Origin: a virus
Taxonomy: Duplodnaviria > Caudoviricetes
Reading direction: 5' to 3' (one strand)
IMG/VR virus record: IMGVR_UViG_3300025708_000007
Span: 1 to 64,000 of that record
DNA length: 64,000 nt
The notes under the pieces are model-generated. The model searched no databases, was not told where the DNA came from, and saw only the letters and a program-made list of their open reading frames with translations. Shown piece after piece: positions 54,896 to 62,552 of this stretch (position 1 is its first letter; each line of letters starts with the position of its first letter). The position numbers were made by a program, and so were the translations under genes.

Positions 54896-54926
54896 TTTGT
54901 TTTTATCGTATTTATCCTTACATTTG
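54896..54926 (+). promoter_or_regulatory. Bacteroidota sigma-A-type promoter of tRNA operon 3
   Basis: TTTG-N19-TACATTTG. Confidence 0.8.
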
Positions 54927-54954
54927 TAACCTCAAACTTTGTAAAAACATTTTT

Positions 54955-55044
54955 ATGATGACTATTTTTGGAACATATTATTACGGTAAAAAATCTTATA
55001 AGAAACAACTTATAGGAATCGGGAATACTATGTCCAAAAATTAA
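54955..55044 (+). CDS. attenuator leader peptide 3 (Tyr/Lys-rich)
   Basis: MMTIFGTYYYGKKSYKKQLIGIGNTMSKN; upstream of Tyr/Lys tRNAs. Confidence 0.85.
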   Translation: MMTIFGTYYYGKKSYKKQLIGIGNTMSKN

Positions 55045-55072
55045 ATGGTTTTGATTTTAATCTGACATGAAC

Positions 55073-55101
55073 AACCCGATTCCGAAAGAGTCGGGTTTTT
55101 T
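55073..55101 (+). terminator. attenuator terminator 3
   Basis: AACCCGATT-CCGAAAG-AGTCGGGTT+T run; CCCGATTCC also pairs with GGAATCGGG (55015-55023). Confidence 0.85.
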
Positions 55102-55113
55102 ATTTTGTATATT

Positions 55114-55195
55114 CGGCAGAATGGTAAGTGGGTGAAATCACAGGTCTGTAAAACCTTCGCCATTGGCTATGGGGGTTCGAATCCCTCTCTGCCGA
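55114..55195 (+). tRNA. tRNA-Tyr(GTA)
   Basis: loop CTGTAAA; long variable arm. Confidence 0.88.
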
Positions 55196-55244
55196 CTGAA
55201 AGAGTTTAGGCATTTTCTGTATCGCTGACTGAAATATCCAAATT

Positions 55245-55318
55245 GACTTCGTATCCGTAGTGGCTTTCGGACTTGACTCTTAATCAAGGATACGTGGGTT
55301 CGAATCCCACCGAGGTCA
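55245..55318 (+). tRNA. tRNA-Lys(CTT)
   Basis: CTTGA-CTCTTAA-TCAAG. Confidence 0.88.
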
Positions 55319-55323
55319 CAAAT

Positions 55324-55406
55324 GGGAGTGCGCTATCGTTGGAGAGATAGGCTTGTCTGTAAAACAAGTGCCATTGGCTGAGTTGGTTCGAATCCTATCG
55401 CTCCCA
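55324..55406 (+). tRNA. tRNA-Tyr(GTA)
   Basis: CTTGT-CTGTAAA-ACAAG; long variable arm. Confidence 0.88.
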
Positions 55407-55413
55407 CAAATTT

Positions 55414-55486
55414 GCGCTTGTAACTCAGTTGGTAGAGTAACGGACCTTTAATCCGTGAGTCGTGGGTTCGACCCCCACCGGGCGCA
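55414..55486 (+). tRNA. tRNA-Lys(TTT), C at position 33
   Basis: ACGGA-CCTTTAA-TCCGT. Confidence 0.82.
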
Positions 55487-55493
55487 CAAATAT

Positions 55494-55567
55494 TCTCCTA
55501 TAGCAAACAGGATGTATTGCCCCGCTCTTTTAAAGCGGTGGGTCTGGTTCGATTCCAGATAGGAGAA
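55494..55567 (+). tRNA. tRNA-Lys(TTT)
   Basis: CCGCT-CTTTTAA-AGCGG. Confidence 0.82.
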
Positions 55568-55655
55568 CAGACAAGCATTGTGTTCATACTAACATTTAAT
55601 TAATGAATATAATGCTTTTTCGTTTTGCAATGTATTTATCATAAAAGTATTTTTT

Positions 55656-56300
55656 ATGTATCATTGCAATAAATGTGATAAAAACTTCGAAAATCGGTAT
55701 TCTTATATAGCACATTGCCGAATTCATTCCAATTATGTAAGACCCAAAAATCCAAATTCAAGACGAAATAAACCACCCAAAACAATATGTATATATTGTG
55801 GTAAAACTTTTCAGAATGGACGTAGTTTAGGTGGACACATGACCCATTGCGAATTAAATCCAAATCATAATCTTATTTTACAAAACATGTCCAAAGCAAG
55901 TCCAAAACGAAAATGGTCAGAAGAAGATAAAAAGAAAATTAGTAGAAGAATGATTGAATTTTTAATGAAAAATCCAGACAAAGTACCATATAAATTAAAT
56001 CATTCAAGTAAAATGAGTTATCCTGAAAGAGTATTTGAAAATGCATTAAAATCAGCAAATATTTCAGGTTGGACATACAATTACCAAAATGGAATTTATT
56101 CATATGACTTTGCGTTTCCAGTTTTGAAAATAGATGTGGAAATTGATGGAAATACACATATCCAAGAAAAGGTGAGAAATATTGATAAACGCAGGGATAA
56201 ATTTAGTACCAATAATGGTTGGATTGTAATTCGTTTTACCGCAAATGAAATTAAAGAAGATGTTTTGAAATGTATAAATACATTAAAAACATTTCTTTAA
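55656..56300 (+). CDS. C2H2 zinc-finger + DUF559/Vsr-like endonuclease
   Basis: CNKC...HCRIH, CIYC...HMTH; YDFAFPVLKIDVEIDGNTH...RDKF. Confidence 0.8.
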   Translation: MYHCNKCDKNFENRYSYIAHCRIHSNYVRPKNPNSRRNKPPKTICIYCGKTFQNGRSLGGHMTHCELNPNHNLILQNMSKASPKRKWSEEDKKKISRRMIEFLMKNPDKVPYKLNHSSKMSYPERVFENALKSANISGWTYNYQNGIYSYDFAFPVLKIDVEIDGNTHIQEKVRNIDKRRDKFSTNNGWIVIRFTANEIKEDVLKCINTLKTFL

Positions 56301-56412
56301 GTATTTATATTCCCCATTGTTTTTATTTAGTCTAAATAAAAATAACTTGCATTTTTAAATAAAAGATGTTATATTTGGGGAAAATAACTTTTAAGTTTAA
56401 GTATTATGAAGC

Positions 56413-57237
56413 ATGACTAAAAAGAAAAAAGTAACGACAACCGTTACGACTACCGTTACTGAAGAAATAATTTCTTCGAACGAAAAAACTCAAATTATCT
56501 GTATTCTTGACCGTTCTGGCTCTATGTCAGAGAACGGTGTAATTTATGAAGCAATCAATGGCTTCAACGAGTTCCTTAAAAAACAAAGGGAGCTAAAAGA
56601 CAAAGCAACACTCACTGTTGCACTATTCGATGACCAATATCAGTTACTTTATGATGATGTTGACGTAAAAGATGTTCCAGACATCACATACGACACTTGG
56701 ACACCAAGAGGGATGACAGCATTGCTTGATGCAATTGGTAAAACAATCAACGCTGTAAAGGCAAACCGTATTAAATTAGGCTCAGAAAAACCCGATAAAG
56801 TATTGGTTTGCATTGTTACTGACGGCAAAGAAAATGCAAGTCAGGAATATGTTGCAAGACAAGGCAATAAAGGCGATGTGATAAAAAAACTTATTAAAGA
56901 ATGTGAAAATGAAGGCTGGAATTTCATTTATCTTGCTGCAAATCAGGACGCATTTGATGTTGGCAGCACATTTGGTGTAAGTTATGGAAATACCTACAAT
57001 TTTGCTGCAACTGCTGCTGGCGCATCTGCAATGAGCATGACGTTAAATAACGCTACTGTATCATACAGAAGCATGAGCACACAAGACGCTGGCTATCAGA
57101 AAAAAGCAAAAAATCTTATTGCTGATTTAGGCGAACAGGATGAAAAAGATGACTCACAAGATAGTGATAATAATACTGTAACTGGTACGGCTACAGGTAA
57201 TGTTACTTTTGATGTAAATAATATGTCACACACATAA
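56413..57237 (+). CDS. von Willebrand factor A domain protein
   Basis: MIDAS motif DRSGSM, GMTALLDA, IVTDGKEN. Confidence 0.9.
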   Translation: MTKKKKVTTTVTTTVTEEIISSNEKTQIICILDRSGSMSENGVIYEAINGFNEFLKKQRELKDKATLTVALFDDQYQLLYDDVDVKDVPDITYDTWTPRGMTALLDAIGKTINAVKANRIKLGSEKPDKVLVCIVTDGKENASQEYVARQGNKGDVIKKLIKECENEGWNFIYLAANQDAFDVGSTFGVSYGNTYNFAATAAGASAMSMTLNNATVSYRSMSTQDAGYQKKAKNLIADLGEQDEKDDSQDSDNNTVTGTATGNVTFDVNNMSHT

Positions 57238-57275
57238 TTATTTTTCTGTTTTTTTTCGTATCTATTTCCGTTTTA

Positions 57276-57302
57276 AAGGGTGTTTTCCGACACCCTTTTT
57301 TT
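57276..57302 (+). terminator. intrinsic terminator
   Basis: AAAGGGTGT-TTTCCG-ACACCCTTT+T run. Confidence 0.75.
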
Positions 57303-57446
57303 GTTAAAAGTTTCAGCCATAGTGGATTAAAAAAACGTGAAAAATTTTTTTAAAAATAATTGTGAAATGTCAAGAATCCCTTGTATTTATGGTTGCCTTT
57401 GCATATATTTGCAAACATAAAATTTCATAAAAAATTATAAAAAATT

Positions 57447-60014
57447 ATGACAGAAAAATCGCAAAAAATTTATTCAAAACAGGAAATAGAAAAATCAACA
57501 TTACAGTATTTTAAGGGTGACGAACTGGCAACAAAAGTCTGGCTTACAAAATACTGCTTAAAGGACGAAAAAAACTATTACGAATTAAACCCGGATGAGA
57601 TGCACAGAAGACTTGCCAAAGAACTCGCAAGAATCGAAGCAAAATATCCAAACCCTCTCACAGAAGAACAAATTTATGAAACATTAAAAAATTTCAATAG
57701 AATTGTACCACAAGGGTCTCCAATGTCAGGTATTGGCAATGATTTCCAAGTGGTATCTTTATCCAATTGTTTCGTTATTGGTAATAAGGGTGAATCAGAT
57801 TCCTATGGTGGAATATTAAAAATAGACCAAGAACAAATACAATTAATGAAACGCAGAGGCGGTGTCGGACACGATTTGTCCCACATTCGTCCAAAAGGAA
57901 GTCCGGTGAAAAATAGTGCAATTACCAGTACGGGTGTTGTACCTTTCATGGAAAGATATTCAAATAGCACAAGAGAAGTCGCACAAGACGGTAGACGTGG
58001 CGCACTTATGCTTAGTATTTCAATAAAACATCCAGATTCCGAAGCATTTATTGATGCAAAAATGACACCGGGAAAAATAACTGGCGCAAACGTATCGGTA
58101 AAAATTGATAATGATTTCATGGAGTGTGCAATGCAAGGGACTACATACACTCAAATGTTTCCTACAAAGGGACATCCAAAAATGATTAAAGATATTGATG
58201 CGCAAAAACTTTGGAAAAAAATTATTCACAATGCTTGGAAATCTGCCGAACCGGGAATACTTTTCTGGGATAAGATTATGGAAGAAAGTGTTCCAGATTG
58301 TTATGCTGATGAAGGATTCACAACCGTAAGCACAAATCCTTGTGGCGAAATTCCACTATGTCCATACGATAGTTGTCGATTGTTAGCAATTAATTTGTTT
58401 GGATATATTAAAAATCCTTTCACCAAGGAAGCAGAATTTGATTGGGATTTGTTTGAAAAAGATGTCATTATTGCTATGAGATATATGGATGACATCATTG
58501 ACTTGGAAGTTGAAAAAATTGATGCAATTCTTGAAAAAATCAAGTCTGACCCCGAAGATGAATTTCTTAAATTAACTGAAATCAACCTTTGGAATAATAT
58601 CAAGGAAATGACGCTTAAAGGTAGAAGAACCGGACTTGGTGTAACTGCTGAAGGTGACATGCTTGCAGCTTTGAATTTACGTTATGGAACTGATGAAGCA
58701 ACAGATTTTAGTGAAAAAGTACATAGAACATTAAAATTAAAAGCATATCGTTCAAGTGTTATTATGGCAGAAGAACGTGGCGCATTCTCCGTTTGGAATG
58801 GCGAACGTGAAACAAAAAATCCTTTCATTCTTAGAATAGCTGCTGAAGACCCAGAATTGTTTGAAGATATGATGAAATATGGACGTAGAAATATTTCATT
58901 ACTCACAATTGCACCAACTGGTACTGTTTCAATCATGACACAAACAACTTCGGGTATTGAACCAGCATTTGAAGTGTTTTACAAACGTAGACGTAAAATT
59001 AATCCACAGGAAAAAGATGTTCGCATTGATTTTGTTGATGAAGAAGGAATTGCGTGGACTGAATATCCAGTCTTTCACCATAAATTCGAAACATGGCTTG
59101 AATTGAATGGATATGACGTTAATGTTGTAAGAACAATGGATAATGCGCAACTCGATGAAGTTGTGAAAAAATCGCCATATTATAAAGCAACGGCAAATGA
59201 TGTCGATTGGTTAAAAAAGGTTGAAATGCAGGGTCGTTTACAAAGACACGTAGACCACTCAATTTCAGTGACAGTCAATCTCCCAAGTGACATTACTGAA
59301 GAAATGGTGGCAAAAGTTTATGAAACCGCATGGAAATCTGGCTGTAAGGGTTGTACTGTCTATCGTGATGGTTCACGCAGTGGTGTGTTAATCACTGAAG
59401 AAAAGAAAACAAAAGAAAGTGAATTTCATGATACGCATGCGCCAAAACGTCCTAAGAGATTAAAAGGTGAAATTCATCGTTTTCAAAACAGTCTTGAAAA
59501 ATGGATTGCAGTTGTTGGATTAAAAGACGGCAGACCATATGAAATTTTCACAGGTAAAAATGAAAACGGCTTGAGTTATCTGCCAAACAATTTAAAAGAA
59601 TGTGAAATTGTTAAGCAAATCTTTGAAGTTGAAGAACCAGATGAAAATGGTAAATTGGTTAAAGTCAGAAAAAAAAGATATGACATTGAATATATTGACG
59701 CTAATGGCGAAAGACAAGTACATACTGGCTTAAATCATGCATTCAATCCTGAATTCTGGAACTATGCAAAATTCATATCTGCAGTTCTCAGGCATGGAAT
59801 GCCACTTCTTTATACGTGGGAATTAATTGATTCATTGAACTTTAAAGAAGACTATATCAACACTTGGAAAAATGGTGTTGCTCGTGTGATAAAGAAATAC
59901 ATTAAAGATGGTATTGAAGTAAATAAAAAATGCCCGAATTGTGGTAGTGACCATTTGGAATTTAAAGAAGGTTGCCTCACATGTATGGCATGTGGAAACA
60001 GTAAATGCGGTTAA
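57447..60014 (+). CDS. nrdJ: class II (adenosylcobalamin-dependent) ribonucleotide reductase
   Basis: SLSNCF, RRGALM, TNPCGEIPL, TIAPTGT, VDHSISVTVN, KGCTVYRDGSR, C-terminal zinc ribbon. Confidence 0.93.
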   Translation: MTEKSQKIYSKQEIEKSTLQYFKGDELATKVWLTKYCLKDEKNYYELNPDEMHRRLAKELARIEAKYPNPLTEEQIYETLKNFNRIVPQGSPMSGIGNDFQVVSLSNCFVIGNKGESDSYGGILKIDQEQIQLMKRRGGVGHDLSHIRPKGSPVKNSAITSTGVVPFMERYSNSTREVAQDGRRGALMLSISIKHPDSEAFIDAKMTPGKITGANVSVKIDNDFMECAMQGTTYTQMFPTKGHPKMIKDIDAQKLWKKIIHNAWKSAEPGILFWDKIMEESVPDCYADEGFTTVSTNPCGEIPLCPYDSCRLLAINLFGYIKNPFTKEAEFDWDLFEKDVIIAMRYMDDIIDLEVEKIDAILEKIKSDPEDEFLKLTEINLWNNIKEMTLKGRRTGLGVTAEGDMLAALNLRYGTDEATDFSEKVHRTLKLKAYRSSVIMAEERGAFSVWNGERETKNPFILRIAAEDPELFEDMMKYGRRNISLLTIAPTGTVSIMTQTTSGIEPAFEVFYKRRRKINPQEKDVRIDFVDEEGIAWTEYPVFHHKFETWLELNGYDVNVVRTMDNAQLDEVVKKSPYYKATANDVDWLKKVEMQGRLQRHVDHSISVTVNLPSDITEEMVAKVYETAWKSGCKGCTVYRDGSRSGVLITEEKKTKESEFHDTHAPKRPKRLKGEIHRFQNSLEKWIAVVGLKDGRPYEIFTGKNENGLSYLPNNLKECEIVKQIFEVEEPDENGKLVKVRKKRYDIEYIDANGERQVHTGLNHAFNPEFWNYAKFISAVLRHGMPLLYTWELIDSLNFKEDYINTWKNGVARVIKKYIKDGIEVNKKCPNCGSDHLEFKEGCLTCMACGNSKCG

Positions 60015-60015
60015 T

Positions 60016-60198
60016 ATGATAATATTGGAAAACAAAATTATTGGTGAAAAGTACGTTGCAGGATATTACCTGACAATGGAAGATTTAAAAAGGCTTGTAA
60101 GAGATTTTCAAGCAGATTGTCACGATGGATTCATAAGTAATGATGAAGCATATCTTGAACAGTGGCTTAAAAAGCACGAACGAATCGAAAAAAAATAA
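60016..60198 (+). CDS. hypothetical protein
   Basis: 60-aa ORF directly after the nrdJ stop. Confidence 0.6.
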   Translation: MIILENKIIGEKYVAGYYLTMEDLKRLVRDFQADCHDGFISNDEAYLEQWLKKHERIEKK

Positions 60199-60275
60199 GC
60201 AAAAACCCCGGAAAGCCAGTATTTTCGGGGTTTTTTATTGTTTGTTGTAGTATTTATTATAAAAAATTATAAATC

Positions 60276-60491
60276 ATGGAAACTGTGTTAACAATATTGT
60301 TACTTTACATATTGGGAGTGACAATTTATACTATCTTGGTAAGAAAAAGTCCAACAAATAAACATGTGCCGAACTTTAATTATAAGTCAACAATAATTGA
60401 TGGAATGAAAGGGATGGCTATTGGTTTTGCAGTTGTCGGTGCATTATATTTTATCTTAGGACAAATTTTAACTTGGGTTCATATACATTGA
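60276..60491 (+). CDS. two-TM membrane protein
   Basis: two hydrophobic helices; AGTATTTATT upstream. Confidence 0.65.
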   Translation: METVLTILLLYILGVTIYTILVRKSPTNKHVPNFNYKSTIIDGMKGMAIGFAVVGALYFILGQILTWVHIH

Positions 60492-60546
60492 ATATTAACG
60501 AGTTAGATTTTTTCTGTAAAAAAAATGAAAAAAATATTGAAAATAA

Positions 60547-60577
60547 TTTGGTATTTATGAAACATTTTATACCTTTG
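60547..60577 (+). promoter_or_regulatory. Bacteroidota sigma-A-type promoter of tRNA operon 4
   Basis: TTTG-N19-TACCTTTG. Confidence 0.8.
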
Positions 60578-60646
60578 CATCGTATTTAGGTAAAAATGAG
60601 TTTATGAAAAAACCTTTTTATTATTAAAAACAAAAAAAATAAAACA

Positions 60647-60781
60647 ATGAAACGAATAGCGTACATATTAGTATCGAGTCTAACGACAACCAGTCGTATT
60701 GGAGAAGGTACATTTTGCTCAGATTTCGGCAGAAATAATATTGCGGATACGGGTTCAGGTTTTATTGACTTAAAAAGATAA
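60647..60781 (+). CDS. attenuator leader peptide 4 (Thr/Ser/Ile/Gly/Phe/Cys/Asn/Arg)
   Basis: MKRIAYILVSSLTTTSRIGEGTFCSDFGRNNIADTGSGFIDLKR. Confidence 0.75.
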   Translation: MKRIAYILVSSLTTTSRIGEGTFCSDFGRNNIADTGSGFIDLKR

Positions 60782-60814
60782 GTAGGTAGTAAAATAAAAC
60801 TGAAATAAAATCAG

Positions 60815-60846
60815 AACCCGGAATCCAAAAAAGTTCCGGGTTTTTT
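60815..60846 (+). terminator. attenuator terminator 4
   Basis: AACCCGGAAT-CCAAAAAA-GTTCCGGGTT+T run; GAACCCG pairs with CGGGTTC (60750-60756). Confidence 0.85.
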
Positions 60847-60871
60847 GTTTTTAATGCGTTCTTTACATATT

Positions 60872-60943
60872 GCCAAGTTAGTTTAACGGATAGAATCTCT
60901 GTGTGGTATTCAGGGGATACAAGTTCGATTCTTGTACTTGGCT
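60872..60943 (+). tRNA. tRNA-Thr(GGT)
   Basis: GCCAAGT/ACTTGGC acceptor; loop GTGGTAT; imperfect anticodon stem. Confidence 0.7.
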
Positions 60944-61035
60944 CAAAAATATAAGTCTTACAGCTTATAAACACCGAATATAAGGTTTATGTCTTATATT
61001 TACCGTAAGATGTTCTTTGACATGCTGGATTACCT

Positions 61036-61120
61036 GTCGGGTTGCCTGAGTGGTTGAAAGGGGCGGTCTGCAAAACCGTTTGCTTAATTGCACACGTGGG
61101 TTCGAATCCCACATCCGACT
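61036..61120 (+). tRNA. tRNA-Cys(GCA) with long variable arm
   Basis: GCGGT-CTGCAAA-ACCGT; U73; TGC-TTAATT-GCA variable hairpin. Confidence 0.85.
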
Positions 61121-61210
61121 CTACGGTTCAACAAACTAATGGCGTTGAATTTTATACGCATGCATGCCAATACGTATGAAAGGAAGGGTGAAACCCCCTT
61201 CACTGCACTT

Positions 61211-61296
61211 GTTCGGGTTGCTTTAGTTGGTCGAAAAGTCCTGCCTGTTAAGCAGACGGAGAAATCCCACCGCAGGTTCGAATCCTGCCCCGAACG
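61211..61296 (+). tRNA. tRNA-Asn(GTT) with long variable arm
   Basis: CTGC-CTGTTAA-GCAG; G73; GGA-GAAA-TCC variable hairpin. Confidence 0.8.
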
Positions 61297-61359
61297 CAAA
61301 TCTTTTTCATACTTTCGACTATTTATTATAAATAATGAGATAATTAATTAATCGAAAGT

Positions 61360-61953
61360 ATGAAAACAAAAGATAGTGTAATTAAACTAAGACTTTCTGG
61401 AAAAAGTTATGGCGAAATAAGTAAAATGCTGAACATTTCTAAACCCACAGTATCCTACCATTGTATAAATGCCGGATTGAATGAACCAATTGATGGTCGT
61501 AAAATATTGAATGAGGCTGAGAAAATTGAACTTAATGAATATTATAAATCACATACTATTTTCGAAACAGCAGAAAAATTTAAGATATCAAGAACAACTG
61601 TTCTTGCAAACACTGAAAATAAGAGACTGGTATTGTGTGAAATTGAAAAAAGAAAAAGAAATTATGAAAAGGTAAAAAATAGGCGACAACGGCTTAAAGA
61701 GATGGGTGTTGAATATTTAGGTGGAAAATGTATGAAATGTGGGTATGATAAATGTATTGCTGCGTTAGAATTTCACCATAGAAACCCAGAAGAAAAAGAA
61801 TTTGGAATATCACGTTATCAAAATTTGAGTTGGTCAAGAATTATTGTTGAATTAGATAAATGTGATTTACTGTGTTCTAATTGTCATAAAGAATTACATT
61901 ATGAGGAACATTGGGATGTATCACCTCTGCCTGATAAGCAGTCGAAAGTGTAG
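61360..61953 (+). CDS. HTH + HNH homing endonuclease
   Basis: CMKCGYDKCIAALEFHHRNP...KCDLLCSNCHKELH. Confidence 0.88.
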   Translation: MKTKDSVIKLRLSGKSYGEISKMLNISKPTVSYHCINAGLNEPIDGRKILNEAEKIELNEYYKSHTIFETAEKFKISRTTVLANTENKRLVLCEIEKRKRNYEKVKNRRQRLKEMGVEYLGGKCMKCGYDKCIAALEFHHRNPEEKEFGISRYQNLSWSRIIVELDKCDLLCSNCHKELHYEEHWDVSPLPDKQSKV

Positions 61954-61989
61954 TTTGGTTGCACGTGGGTTCAAATCCCACCTTCCCAA
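61912..61989 (+). tRNA. tRNA-Ile(GAT)-like, D-arm missing
   Basis: CTGC-CTGATAA-GCAG; GTGGG-TTCAAAT-CCCAC; only 6-8 nt between acceptor and anticodon stem. Confidence 0.5.
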
Positions 61990-62027
61990 CAAACCTTGAC
62001 GAAGGTTTAACGTTGCAACGTTGAAAT

Positions 62028-62108
62028 GGCTACCTGTGGTTAGCATAGCTGGCAATGCTGCCCCCTGAAATGGGTGAAGGTGAGTTCAAGTCTCACACGC
62101 AGGAGTCA
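62028..62108 (+). pseudogene. degenerate tRNA-like element (GAA loop)
   Basis: good D-arm and T-arm; weak anticodon and acceptor stems. Confidence 0.4.
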
Positions 62109-62115
62109 TTTATTT

Positions 62116-62200
62116 GGAGAAGTGTCCGAGTGGTTTATGGTGGCAGTCTTGAAAACTGCTGGATGTAACAGTCCCGTGGGTTCGAATCCTACCTTCTCCG
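62116..62200 (+). tRNA. tRNA-Ser(TGA)
   Basis: GCAGT-CTTGAAA-ACTGC; long variable arm; G73. Confidence 0.95.
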
Positions 62201-62274
62201 CAAAGTCGTGTGCATTGGACTATCATCACACGATTTTCACATCAAAAAGGAGTCATGACCCGGTTTGATGTCAG

Positions 62275-62430
62275 GGTTCTGGGTTGCATAAGAGGCTGCC
62301 CTGATGTTCAGTGGCGAAATCATGTACTCGCATTTGGCAGTGCGAATAGTACACGATAAGTAGTTGAGAGACATCCAAGTTAGTTGAAATACTTTCGGGG
62401 GACGTGAGTATGAGGCTCACACCAGAACCA
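62275..62430 (+). ncRNA. candidate 156-nt structured RNA
   Basis: GGTTCTGG/CCAGAACC closing stem; T-arm-positioned GTGAG-TATGAGG-CTCAC hairpin. Confidence 0.45.
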
Positions 62431-62434
62431 AAAT

Positions 62435-62506
62435 GGAGCGGTAACTCAATGGTAGAGTGTCTGCCTGAAGAGCAGATGGTTGCAGGTTCAAGTCCTGCCC
62501 GTTCCA
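62435..62506 (+). tRNA. tRNA-Phe(GAA)
   Basis: TCTGC-CTGAAGA-GCAGA. Confidence 0.93.
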
Positions 62507-62552
62507 CCGAAACGGTTCGCACTACACGATATGGAGAGTAGGAAGTGCAAAT

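Noticed and set aside
62301-62319. Hammerhead-like CTGATG...GAAA
   Set aside because: The core reads CTGATGT rather than CTGANGA, and stems I-III cannot be built convincingly.
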